DNA of 64,000 nucleotides from Tubiluchus corallicola (GCA_030141605.1 JAQGDQ010000099.1:17194-81193), one strand, 5' to 3'. Positions 9,763 to 59,110 are shown, counted from the stretch's first letter. Notes: generated by a model from the sequence alone, not told the origin. A program made the numbers and translations.

Positions 9763-11227
9763 AGTTTGGTACGCAACAAAATGCCTACACTCTATGCTAA
9801 TTATTCTCACGTCTTTACGTCACAGGATTTTGGGAATTGCCAACAAACTACTATTCAGCTGGAAAAGATGATGCCGAAGTTATTAGTTGCTAAAATTTAG
9901 AAGAATGGAAGTGTCTAGTAAGCTACATGATTGTAAACTGTCTTATTTGTGTTTTATGACACTGGAACATGCAACGGTGTTAATGTACTTAGTTTGATTA
10001 TCTTTGAAACCTAAATTGCTTTCGCTAATCAATTGTTTTTTTCGAATCGGCCTCATTTTAGCTTCCCAGCAGCACCTAGCCCATCGTACCCTCGGTGGAC
10101 GTGACTGACAGAGATCGAAGCCCGTTGGTAAAGTATTCGTTGATTAAAGGTAAAGTCAAATCTCACTCTTGACGACTTTCAGTGGTTGATCGTGAGACTG
10201 GGCTGTTATTCGTTTTTTTTTGTAATTATTGTTAATGCTATGCTATTTTGTTCTCTAGTGAATTGTTCTATTGCCATTTAACAAGAAATTTGTATGAAAG
10301 AAATTACTGTTATTTTAATGGTTGGTTAAAAAAGGAAAAAGAAATCCTGTTTATGTTGAAAAGAGTACGCTTGTCTTTTAAAACGTAATCTCGGCAATTG
10401 ATGTTTCTCAAACATTCTTGTTTCAGTGCTGAATACAGCGCAAATCTGACTGCATTGAGTGAGACGTTCTTAAGTACATGTTCTTATGGAGAAACTTTAT
10501 AAATTTTTTTTAGCGTTGTGTTTAACGTTTATTTGTTTAATTTTGCTTCTGCAAGAGTTTAACTGCAGTTTGTTTCAGGATCCTGACCTTGAAGCAGTGC
10601 AGTGGAAACATTGAGTAATACCTCGTTTTAATTTTGCCCGTTGTCGATTTCTTGTAGCCATAGCCGTACCTACTTTGCACTGTCGCTGTCGTTATTGGGT
10701 ATCTTAGCCAGATTGGTCTGCTTTCGTCTGATTACTAGATTGTTAGAAGGACCAATGGATAATTTCATTTATTCATTTTCTTTGCATAATTAGTTAGTTT
10801 TTGTTTGACTTGGTGCAAACTCATTTGCGACAATTTAACTTTCTATTTGCTACATTAAAGGAGCTGTAAACGTTAGTTGGTAACATTTTTCTCACACTTG
10901 TAACAGCTATTAATTCGGTTGTTATCTGATTTACGAACAAATGTGACTTATTCTTACGTACGTTATGCTTTATAAACGAATTGTAATTATCAGTTTGGTT
11001 GTATCTAATATTTCAGATGGCTTGTGTAATGAAGATTACTTTTGAACATTCAGAATTTTTGTAACGTACGTGATTAGGTGTGAAATAAAGAAATGCCTGT
11101 ACCGATTTTTGTTTCCTTAGGTAATGAAGGGAGTTAGATGCATGGTGGACTAATTCGTCATTCTGCTAGCCCCTTTGAGCGAGAGGATAGTCCATTTGAG
11201 GACAAATGGAGGCTAAGAAGGGGTTAG

Positions 11228-11539
11228 TGTTGCGGCCAAGCTTAGTCAAGGTTAACTTTGCGCATGCGCAAAGTCACTTGCTATAAAAGCGGTGAGCACG
11301 TAGGTTACTACGTCTCTGTCGTGCTTCACGTCCACCATGTGTGCTGCTCTTTTCAGTGCTTAACAGGATTGTCGTTTGGGGTAGGTACGGCGTAGTTTGA
11401 ACCTGATTATTTATCTTTTGTATTTCTTTCTCTGCACTCCGTCCTAGTGGAATGCAAAGCGCGCCAACGAAAGCTGACTGCTCAGCCGTCTTCGCGGCCC
11501 TCGACCCCCTGGCAGCCCCCAGGGGAGGGCTCCGCAACA
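11228..11539 (+). repeat. 3' LTR (312 bp)
   Basis: TG...CA ends with 8-bp inverted termini, near-identical to 3124-3434. Followed by non-element DNA with no PBS. Confidence 0.97.
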
Positions 11540-11553
11540 ATACAATATAATGA

Positions 11554-12132
11554 GGCCCCGCACAGACATGCAATTTTCAGTTGCGCAACTAGAAGTCGCA
11601 AAATCTGTAAATATAGAGTCTATATGAGAGTCCTTGTGATGTCATTCCTAAACTTCTATGCCATTTCTAAAGGGAAGAAATGCGTTGATTGTATTGAGGT
11701 GTATTCACAATAGGCTATTACTTCTCATAACTCGATATTTTGGTCTCCAATTTCTGACTGTCACTGAATTTCTTGATAGACAGTAAGAATGAGTTATCTT
11801 CAATAATTTGTTTCTCATCAACTTTTTTATAATCTTAATAGTACGTTTTGCGCTGCTTACTTGCACTCTTCTTACACTTAACTATTGTGTTTTGACAAAA
11901 GTTGCGCAACTAAAAATTGCATGTCTGCACGCTCTCTTTGAAAACACATTACAATATAGTCACGCAACTAAAAGTTTGAGCCAAGATTGCAATTTTTAGT
12001 TGCATATGTCTGCGCGCTCTCGCAGACTTTAGTTATTTACAACTTTACTTACGCTATCTTACGTTTACGTTTACTTACGTTATCTTGCAACTTTTACTTC
12101 CTCAACTGAAAATTGCATGTCTGTGCAGCACG
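11554..12132. mobile_element. MITE, PIF/Harbinger-like
   Basis: Perfect 24-bp inverted repeat GCACAGACATGCAATTTTCAGTTG (11560-11583 and 12103-12126), TGA/TTA flanks, and internal copies of the terminal motif near 11900-12015. Confidence 0.7.
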
Positions 12133-12241
12133 TTAGTATATTGTATAATGTCAAGTATGTTGTAATTTCGTAAATGTCCAACCTGCTCATTGCAAATAAG
12201 CTAAACTACTATAACTATAAACACATTCAAAGTGACTTTAC

Positions 12242-16812
<4,571 letters not shown>

Positions 16813-17817
16813 CCTTCTTTCGTCTTTAAATTTTCAAACGTTTACTCTAGAAACTACAGAAAATGGCGTCTGTTGAAAAGTTGGCCTTTGGGCTAGTAAT
16901 AATTGATCCGCAGAGCCGGTCGTCTTCGGTACTAATGATGTTCCTACTCTAGTGCTCAAATTTATCATCCCAAGGTGATCGAGTTGTGAACACCAAAAGT
17001 GAAGGTATTTAGTGGGTGTCAAGCTCATTTTGCTGTAATAAAGCCTAAGGAATACTGTCGGATGTTCACACATTTTTGATCAGTTGGTGTATGATATACC
17101 AGGACTGGTCTCTTGAAAAAGGACGTGTTTTAACAAGGATAAATCCAATCATTGGGAAGAAAATGACAGAATGACAGCTGCTTCTTTATCGTTTTAGCTT
17201 ACTTAGACACTTTTATTTTTGTGGTCTTTATTAAAGGTGACAAAAACGAGGCTTTTTATCTTTCAGGGATTTAGCTTTCAACAGACCCCACTTAATAAGC
17301 TGGCGTTGTGGCAGAATTGAAACCTGGGTCATTGTGAAAACAAGAAAAGAAGTCCACTCGTTATTGTGCCACGAAAGTACAAGATGTCAATATTTCTTTG
17401 CAAAAGTTCAAAATACTCTTCTGGATGATTGCATTAAGATTAAACGTTGTTCAAAACTCAGTTTGATCCTCCGACCATATCTGTTAGCACTTTTAGTGAT
17501 TATTAGTAGTTAAGTAAGGTAATATAAATACAATACGAATAAATAGACAGGTGCGTCCAGAAAAAACGTTCTCCAAACTAACTCGTAAGCCTTGATCGAG
17601 GTAGAATAAGTATTTGTAAAAGAAAACCACATTATCGTGTAGCATTTTCTTCTCTTTCCAGAGAGATGTAAATTTCCCTCCAAAACCTCCTATCAAACAT
17701 TACTGGGACGTTCCTAGCTTTTTGCTAGAGATCTTTAGGGTAAATTTATAGTTCTTTGGAAGAGGACCGGGCTATGTGGATGACGTGAGTCTCTTTTACA
17801 AATTGTAAAAGTTTTGT

Positions 17818-17978
17818 ATTGATTGATTAATTGACTGAATTACTAACTCATTGATCGATTGACGATTGATTAGTTGATTGACTGAATGACTGGCTGACTC
17901 ATTGGCTAATTGTTTGATTGACTGATTGATCAATTGAATAATTGATTGATTGATTTACTGATTGATTATATTGATTAT
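17818..17978. repeat. Degenerate (GATT/GACT)n microsatellite
   Basis: Direct reading. Confidence 0.8.
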
Positions 17979-20900
17979 TCCAGACCAATAGTCTATACAC
18001 AAAAATAATTCAATTCTATTGAAAAGCCGTAGTAGTATCACTATCACAGAGATATGATTCACAAGGAAGGAAATACAAAGTTATTCTCAGCCATCAGGAG
18101 AGACCTTCTGAGTTGCTAAAATGCCAAGGTATGTATTTGTAACAAGGGCTTTGTGTTGGACCCCACTGTGTGAAAGTAGAGACAACTACAGAGTTTTCTC
18201 AGACTCCCAAGCTGCAATATTTCAAATTTTGGGACAGTATTCTCCAAAACCAACAATTCCGTATACCTCGTTTGTCTTACGTCTGTTGCGCTTTTGTTTT
18301 CTATGAGCAGAAATTTTAAATTCAAAAGAAACAAACAGACAGAATAAATGTTTGTGCGGACAGTCACTAGTAGTCATGTGAATCTTTCTCACATTCATGC
18401 TGACAGAATAGCATATTGTCATTCATATCATTTGCATTCTCAACAGACATGAATTTCCAACTATAGAGCATTGGTCATGCTATAAGTCCCTAAAACGCTC
18501 ATTTTTGACACTTTGGGGACCTTGACGTTTGCCACAAGATCATTCTTTTTGGCCAAATTAGGTTCACAAAATTTTATGGGAAATAACGGTATGCAAAGAG
18601 GCAAAGAATACTAATTTCTTAGCAGTGTCTCCAAGTCAAACAAGGTCAAACAATGTCCAAATTTCGTATAACAGGCGTTTTTGGCCGCATTTGGCAATTG
18701 GCCGAAAGTGGTCGCCAATCATTAACTAGCACATACGCTTGACTTTTTGCAGGACAAATTCTGCCTTTATCACAATATAGTTACAAAAGTTTGAATCCTG
18801 AATCTTCTATAAGCGACAGGTCACTGTAACGCCTCGCAGTGAGCTGACTCAGATACTCCTTCGATACCAGTTATCCTGGATCCTCCCTCCCTCCCTACCT
18901 GGGAGAGGGACAAAATTCTTTTTATCTATTTTGCATTGTCAGTAGATGACAGATCGCTCTCATTCTCCCTCTGAACTGACTCAGATGCTCTCACTATGCC
19001 AACCGTTGCTTGCAGCTGTTGAAGGTCCTACCTGTTTACCCCTGTTCTGGACATGTCCTCAGGATGACCTTTGACCTTGACCACCCTCGTGCCCAAATGT
19101 TACCTCATGTCAAAAATTTAAAGTTCAAAACATTAGTCGGAAGCTCATATGGCGACATTCACAGTTGCATTGTGTTATATGGCTACTGATAATCAATTTA
19201 ACTTTAAAACGACTAGAAAAACCGAAACAAAATGTACCGAGTTTTGTTTTATTTTTCATACATTTTTACAAAAACTGTAACACAAACACAAATGCAGTAG
19301 ATGCTCACAAAGAACAGACATCAATTATGATTCCTAATTTATACGCGATTATTGTTACTAAGAAGGTTTCTTAAGTGTTAAGAATATTTATTCTAGACAC
19401 TTAGTAATTTAATAAATCCCTGGCTCTATTGTAAGTAGAACTTGCACAATCGCATTTCAAACCCATTTCAGTAAATTGCATTTTCACTTGTTTACAATGT
19501 TCGTGCTACCAAAAACAATACAGTACTTTTATAAAATAGCTAGATGATTTAGCTAGTACGGTTACATTTCTGTCTATTTCATTATAAACAAGTGATTATT
19601 CTCCACATAGCTTACTTACTAAGTTATTTATGAAGTACCTGGTTTAACTGCCTATTTTGAACACAATACACAATTCTTTTGCTCCATAACTTTCTGAACA
19701 TTTTTGAAATTTAAAACTATCAGAACATTAAACAAAACTATTCAAATCAAAATGATTCGTATGGGCATTTGCTGAACTACAGCAATAATGTATATTATAA
19801 AAACTTTGCTTATTACAAACGGGGGCAAAATTTGCCAACAAAGTGTTTTCTATTTCAATAGTAATAACACTGATCTAAACGACTGTCACAAAAATTTAGC
19901 ATTGCAGAAACATTTCCTGCATTACCTCCGATTAATTTCCTCCAATTAATTGTCATACTCGAAAGTAGCTTCTTTAAAGAACAACAGACAGCTAGTAATG
20001 TTAACAAGAACAAAATTGAATTTCAAATGAACTCGACCCTATGTTTAAGAAACCACATATTGTTAAATTGCTTTTGATTTGTTTTGTTAGTCCTTTCTGA
20101 ATGTTAAACTTTCCGCATAATTATAAAAGTAACTTAATATGATTAAGCTTCATTTATTCCACAAATGCAGCAGAAATCTTCTTGGGTTACAAAAGAGTAA
20201 CCGTATTGTTATAACTATACATCATTTTTGATAGTTAAAAACGAGATATCATATTTGATAGGGAATAGTTGCTCAATGCTTCCTACACACTACGTACCTA
20301 ATGCTTTAAGTATGTGAATTTTTATATAATGAAATATTTCATGAAAGATTGCTATGAACACATGCAGAAGCCAAAGGTGGCTCAAAGGTCAAGGTAAGGT
20401 TACAAAGTTGTTCCTAGTGATCCCTTATACAAAAAAATTAAAATTACTATAAAAATCTACAACAAAAAGCTGCCAGAATTATGAATTCCTTATATACAAT
20501 AGAAAAATGACGGTGAGGATGACGATGATAATCACAACAACAGAGGTAAAATATACATGATCCCGGCACACACACACGCCTCTTCATATAGCACCGTAAG
20601 ACATTGTACTCAACTATATATACATAAAAATTTCTCTAGCATAAAATGCTTACATAGTACCTACTACATATAGTCAAACAACAGATGAAACTATTGAAAC
20701 AGGGCCAGTCCCAGGGTTCTCTTGAGCAGACTTTAGACAATGTAACCTACTAAATTCTGGAATGACTAAAATGACTTTTGTGGAAGTTAAACACTTAAAG
20801 AAAACAGCATAAATTCTGTGTCAAACCAAAGAAAAATTTTAACCTGTTTTTCAAAATTTAATATTTTCCATACAACTTGTTAAAACTTGGTTGGCTGCTT

Positions 20901-21030
20901 ATTAGTGAGTGAGTTTTACAGATTACAATTGCTACTTGATGCCAGTTCCCCTCATTTTAAAAGTGCCTCCCGCTGTTCACCTCGTCTTTCATTCTAAGAA
21001 CCACATTTTGGTGATTTCTCCCTGCAACTT

Positions 21031-21718
21031 AAGCATGCAGAAGGGTGCAGAGGGTGCAATGGTCCCAGGCATCCATATAGGGAGGGCATCCAATCAGAGT
21101 GAAATAAAAATTTAGTTTTCGAAATTTGAAATTGTCTCTGTTAACTTCATTGTACAAGCACCTTACAGTTCCATAAGCTGGTGTGAATGTGGATCTGTGT
21201 TTTGATAAGCAAGACCAGAACAGAAAATCTGTTACATCAAAACATTGCACATAATGCTTTTTGAGATAATATAAAGTAGCATAACTAGATTATGATAATG
21301 TGCACTGCATACAGATTACTGCTTACCATCACATTTTCAATCGCAAGTTGTGAAAGGTCATTTTCAAAACTGAAAGTAATAAAATCACATCTGAGGTCTT
21401 CCGTGTTACAAGCGCAACTGACCAACCTGACTTTAATCAGCGTTGAAACAGAATTCCGCACAGTTGATGTAAAAACTGAAGTAGTTCAAGTGTTTTCTGA
21501 CAGGAGATCTTATTTGGGGAACCGAACTTAATAACTGGGGCTGATTCATATTTAATTTTAATAATGTGTTGATTTCATATTTCATCAGTTTTTACATATT
21601 TAAAATGTCTTCCTTTCTCACAATTCTCAGTATTAGGCCTTACAGGCCTCCTACTTGAGTCTTAGGGTGTACAATCAAGGAATTGGACCCAGGCATTACC
21701 AAACCTCAGCACACCACT
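21031..21718 (+). mobile_element. Non-autonomous hAT element carrying a transposase C-terminal dimerization-domain remnant
   Basis: ORF 21292..21531 reads YRLLLTI...ASCERSFSKLKVIKSHLRSS...LTNLTLISVE (hAT dimerization motif). GC-rich subterminal CCCAGGCAT repeats at both ends. Confidence 0.75.
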
Positions 21719-22308
21719 ACGTTTGTTATTATGCAGATTAACAAAAGTGTTTCACTACCTCCACTTGAAAAACGAGTACGTTATGCAAACCTCGGAAGGG
21801 AATGAAAGCCCCAACCTCTGCAGACAGAGACATTAAAATAGCACCAGACGCTGTTGTTGGGTAAAGGCACAAAGTGGAAAGATTGACAATAGTCCAGTCC
21901 ATTTGGAATCAATGAATTCCTCTTGCAATCACCCCATTTTTGTTTGCCCACCGAGCAAGAGTGAACAGATTTTAAACACATGATACCTACATCTTATAAA
22001 CACCAACTTAAATAACAGTGATAAATTTAATTCTTCGTGCTGCAGCTTGCTTTCTGAAGCAACTGTAGTTACAGCTCCATTTAGTCTAGCCACACATTAC
22101 TGGGCAAAATACCAATTTACTTCATAGGCAATATATCAAACTTACTAACGTTACCCGCTGTATAACTGCTGCACATCCTCGTACCATACTAATATGCATC
22201 TAGATCTTTTAACTGTGACTTGGTTTTTTTCATTTAGTCCAACAGCTAATTGATTCAGTCTATTATGTGCCTAGGACCAGCCCTTGCATCTAATTAATAT
22301 CTAATCAG

Positions 22309-53921
<31,613 letters not shown>

Positions 53922-54367
53922 CTAGAACAAACGAGAAATGAGCGCTAACAATTAGGTGAGGCAAGAGGCAACAAAAGATTGAAGTAGCTATCAGTCTGCA
54001 ACCAATTTATGCCCCACCCTCCGGCTACTCATAGGAAGCTGTACCAAAAAAAGCACACACACGTAAGTAGGCATGAATGCCTTTGTGATAAGCCAAAAGC
54101 TACTGGGTCGTCCAGAAAAAAATGTTCCCCCAAACAAACTGGCAGCCTTTCATTCAGGTGGTGCTAGCGTCGAAAAACGGTGGTAGGAAAATTATTCGTC
54201 TCCGATAAAATTTCAAAAATTTATGTTGTTGGTGGGCTATTAAGAGCTTATTATTGGTAGCAAAGTGACAGAATCCTACCCCAAGACTCCCGACTTTTAA
54301 ATTTTTGATCGTTTTTTGTTGAAAACTAGTGTCTTTCATCATATTTGCAAGTCTTCCATTAGTAATC

Positions 54368-56830
54368 AAAATGGCGGACACATGTGACTTAGAAATTTAG
54401 ATTATCTTCTCTGCTTAGATAGCGTATAGTAGTACAAGTAGGATCTCTCTTTGAAGATTTTTCTTAGCAGTATTAAACTACTAGTGCAGAAACTACTTGC
54501 TGGTAGTTCGTGAGACTAGTTGTTGGTAGTTGTGAGAGTGGCAGAACCAAAAGTCTTCTTAAATAGTAGCCAGATATCGCTTGGCACAGGTCTCTTCTAC
54601 AGTGGTATAGGCATTGAGATTATTATATAGCTAACAAACTGTAAAAGCTAAGGGTAAAGAGATTTCAAATCCATGAAATTAAAGATAATAAAAAAAGGTA
54701 AATTTACAGTCATGGAAAGCAAAGTGCAAACTATTAAATATGCATCCAAAAACACCACAAAGCAGCTACATGATAGTGCCAAAGAAATACAAAGAAATAC
54801 TTCTAATATACTTGCCTTAGAGAAAGAAATTGAAGCACTAACTAAAAATAGTGCTGTTTCTGATGCTAATAGTGACACTGAACTGACTGCGGTGAATTTC
54901 ACGAAATGTGTTACAGAGATTCTGAGATTGCGGATAGGCAAAATAGAAAAAAAGTCTAATATTTTTGGTCTCAGGTCGATTGAACTGATTGAACATTTTT
55001 GTCAAAATAATCTCGGTACAGAGGTCAAAAACATGGTCATTTCAGTAAATAGATTAGCTTCTAAACGGATTCTTCAGCCAATTAAAGTTGTCTTTGATAA
55101 TTTTGCAAGTAAGATGAGAATCTTAAAGAAAGCTAATGATTATATGAAGGCACATAAGGGAATTGATGATGGGATCACTGTTAGACCGGACAGAACTTTG
55201 CAGCAGATAGCTGATGGAAATAAGGTTTGGGAGTAATTAAAGGAGAGAAGAAAGAATGGAGAGGAAGATATTGAAATTGATTTTAAGAAAATGACTATCA
55301 GAAAAAAGCAGATTGTGGCAGGCATTGATAGCAGAAATTGGTCAACACTAGAAGATTCTGTAAATTTAAGCGCACCTAAACATTCTTCAGTGGTGTGATT
55401 TTGTATATTAGTAACGAGATTTCTGCATGTCAGTTAAATTGTTTAGAGAATGCTATTATTGAAACACTTCATGTTCAGTTATATCCAAATACATGTAATA
55501 GCTTACACCTACTACTAGTCTACAGAACTCCTTCAGTTAATGTTGAAAGTGACTTTAATTTTTAAAGAACACTTGCAAATAATTTTGCATCAAAGCATTG
55601 TTTAATTTTTTGGTGACTTCAATCCGGGTATAGACTGGATAAATTTAGCTACTCCATCTAGATCTGAAAATTCATTTATTGAAACTGTACATGATGTTTT
55701 CTTACACCAACATGTTTTTTGCGTACTAATAAGTACACGTCTGTATTAGACTTAATACATACTTCAGAATATAATATGGTTGATGATTTAAACATTTTGT
55801 CTCCAATTTGTATAAGTGATCATAATGTTTTGATCTGGAGAACATGCATAGCCAATAATGAAAATGTTGTCGTACAAACCTTACCGGCATATAATAAAGG
55901 TAACTATAAAAGCATGTGTAGAGAAGCTCAAATTTTTTTAGTTATCAGTGACCAAGAAAAACAATGTATCTAAATGTAGAACAGGCATGGAAAATTTTTG
56001 TTGATTTTACTTTACTAATAACGGCTAAGCATGTGCCAACCCAGAACATTAAAAGAGGTGTATTACAACCTCAATATTTTAATACTTCAATTTTACGAGC
56101 CATTAGAGCAAAATAAAGAGCTTGGGATAGGTATAAGCATTCTCAAAGTAATAATGACTACTTAGTGTATAAGCAAAAATTGCAGGATACTTCAAGTACA
56201 ATTAACAGAGCTAAATATGATTTTGAACGTAAACTTGGTGCAAACATAAAAAACGATTCAAAAACCTTCTTTAGATACTGTAGGTCTAAAATGAAGACGA
56301 AGGATAGTGTTACAGTTTTAAAAGTAGGGCGATCAAGATAAAGCTGAAGCACTAAATCAAGCATTTTGTAAAGTATTTACGAACGAAGTATTAACTAATA
56401 TACCTTTCAGATGTAATATTGTGCTGGACAATATCCCTGACATTACAATTGACAGAGTGAGGGATGAGTTAACAAAATTGAACACAAGTAAGTTGCATTC
56501 GCGTGTTCTTAAGGAACTGGCAAGTGAGATTTGTGAACCCTTGTTCTATAAAGTTTTATAAAAGATACAATACTTCAGCATTTAATGGATAATGAGTTAA
56601 GTAATGTTACTCAACATAGGTTTATAAAAGGTAGATCTTGTGTTACAAATTTGTTAGATTTTATGCAATATATTACATCAAATCTTAACACAGGAGTACC
56701 AGTAGATATAATATAAGTAAATTTTCGCAACGCCTTTGATAAAGTCCCCCATCAAAGATTAATTATAAAACTTAAAGCCTATGGCATGAGTAGTAAGTTA
56801 CTGAATTAGATTAAATGCTGGCTGTGTGAG
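54368..56830 (+). mobile_element. Decayed CR1-like LINE (ORF1, APE endonuclease, 5' RT; 3' truncated)
   Basis: Begins AAAATGGCGG. ORF1 54673..55236 is coiled-coil plus TVRPDRT.QQ with a premature stop. ORF2 remnants YRTPS, GDFN..IDW, LDLI, SDH, QHRFIKGRSCVTNLLDF, AFDKVPHQRLIIKLKAYG. Confidence 0.85.
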
Positions 56831-57331
56831 AGGACACAGCATACAGTTGTCAGAAACTAGGCGATTAAGACACCTCTGGTTGTTTAGTATTATAACAACA
56901 TTTTGACCAGAATTGTAACAAAGTGTGAATTTTATATTTGTATTGTTTAGTAAATCGTAATGTTGTAATCTATTCTGTAAATATGCTATTTGTAGTGTTA
57001 ATTTGAATATTCTCAATTGTCGTTCACACTATTATATTTGTAGATGTTGCATTGTTTTTTCTTTGTTTGTATAAATGTGATTTTTTGATTTTGTTTTACA
57101 ATGCTAGGTATTTTGCGAGTGTTAAAATTAAGTAGAATTTAATTAGTGATTGAAGTTTTAAGATAGATTTAGTATTTACGCTATTGCATTCATCAGTCCT
57201 CCGACTGATTGTACACAAAAACCTTATATACGGTATGTATGTATTTCGTAATGTACTGTATAGTATGCGTGCATTAATTGCAACAAAGAATATTATATAT
57301 ATATATATTGATATTGATATATATATAGATC

Positions 57332-57476
57332 CATTATTAAGGATCGTCATCAACGCCAACGCCTAATATGACACTACTAGGCAACGCCAACGCCTAATAT
57401 GACACTACTAGGCAAGGAGTTCCTTGCCTAGTAGTGTCATATTAGGCGTTGGCGTTGATGACGATCCTTAATAATG
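57332..57476. repeat. Long palindrome with a 31-bp tandem duplication in the left arm
   Basis: The right arm 57421-57476 (56 bp) is the exact reverse complement of the left arm once one of two CAACGCCAACGCCTAATATGACACTACTAGG units (57351-57381, 57382-57412) is removed. 2-nt loop. Confidence 0.95.
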
Positions 57477-59048
57477 AGGCGAGATTATTAACACTAGAAG
57501 CAGGCCTTGGCGTTGAATGTTAGATACCGGTTTGTAACATGTCGTACTGTCACCACAGACACCATCGCTATTCATACCCACCGTAGCTATCTTTGTCGTC
57601 ATTAATACTACTTCCAGTGCCTGGGCTATCCTCATCGGTCAGCACAATGACGGCTATCACCACCAGCCCAGTCTCCAACATCACCATGACCATTGCCGCT
57701 ACTGCCACTACTACCCCTGTCATCATAATAATAATCATCGACAACGGGAACAGTATCTTCAATATGATGACAACCAGCGTCATCATCATTATAACTGCTG
57801 CCGTTTATCTCCATTTCTAACCTTTTTAATCCCAGGTGTGTTCGCTGAGGTGTTATTTAAACCTTATCAAAGCGCGAATTGAGTAAGGAAATAAATATGT
57901 AGATGTACGGGCTGCTTCTTCGGTTGCAAACCGGAAAGAATTTACCGAGAAAAACATATTTTATCAGAAAATTCGAGGGCTACGCCAAAATTAAAAAAAT
58001 GTCCTGGAAATTGTCTTAAAGCAATTTACAACATTCCATTATAGCTATACTTGCAATAATTACACAACTACAAAAATAGATAGTAACTGTGCGAAAACCG
58101 GTACAAAAATAATATTTTTATTAATTTAATGACAATGCAAAATCATCACTAAAAATGTTATCATACTTTTATAGTAAGTTAGCAGAATACTGGTGATGCA
58201 ATTCCGAGTAAGCGACTAAGCTGCAGGCTACCAGCTTATTGGATCCTACATTTGTGTACTTTTTACAACATCAACGTGTCATCACTAACGACCCATTTTA
58301 CTATCATAATAATCACCGTCATTACCAGCAGCAACGACAATGAAAAATTTGTCTTTATAATGAGTAGTCTAGGTATCGAATTATGCAAAATTATTGTAGC
58401 TTTTCTGGAATTAACCTTTCAAACTAGGATCAGTTATAGTCTAAATAAAATCTAGATACAATTGTTTAAAGAGTTATTAATACTATTTTATTTAACATTG
58501 TTGTGATAACTATTTTTAAGACTTGTGTGAATTAATTGTTTTGAGTCACAATGTTTCTTTGTAAGGGATTTTGTCTCTGATAAACGTTTCTTTCGCTGTT
58601 GATTAAACCTATCTTGTTTATTAGATTGTAATAATCGAACATACAGCAACATCAATCACTAGCATCACCACCACCACCCACTCACCCGTATGGGTGGTGG
58701 TGTTTCCCATAAGCACAAAAAGCAAGGGATACAACAGTTCCAGAAGTTAGATTGAAAGTTTTAATCTCCGCGTGGACTCACAAAGGTATTATCAGTAGCA
58801 GTAGATAAAATTTTCTAAAATTTATTTATCTCTTAATTTACTGACCCAGTATTTACATTTTAATCTTGTATTTGTTATTTCACTGTATTTTATTTCATTT
58901 TAGTATTGTATGTGTATTTTGTATGATCTTAGTTACCGGAATAAAAATTAGAATTGAATTGAAAGTAGTCTATCCGCGTTTATAAACGTATTGCGTAATC
59001 ATAAGTACTGAAACTACTGATGCGAACTGATGACACATAACTGATTTA

Positions 59049-59110
59049 TGACGTCATCGCCAAGGGTTTCAGTTCCACAAGCCTGTGTTTTTTGTCTTGC
59101 ACTCTTATAA
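59049..59110 (+). promoter_or_regulatory. Candidate promoter of the BAF-like gene (CRE plus TATA)
   Basis: TGACGTCA at 59049-59056 and TATAAA at about 59106-59111, about 40 nt before the ATG at 59150. Confidence 0.45.

Larger units (their letters stand above)
3124..11539 (+). mobile_element. Full-length Ty3/Gypsy LTR retrotransposon (LTR-gag-pol-long 3' UTR-LTR)
   Basis: Two near-identical LTRs, PBS, PPT, uninterrupted gag and pol, with domain order PR-RT-RH-IN. Confidence 0.97.

Noticed and set aside
57165-57215. Minus-strand hammerhead candidate CTGATGA-ATGC-AATA-GCGT-AAA
   Set aside because: Lacks G12 of GAAA, and I could not form stems I and III around an NUH site.
57351-57412. CRISPR-like 31-bp direct repeats
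   Set aside because: Two abutting units with no spacer, in eukaryotic DNA, with no cas genes.
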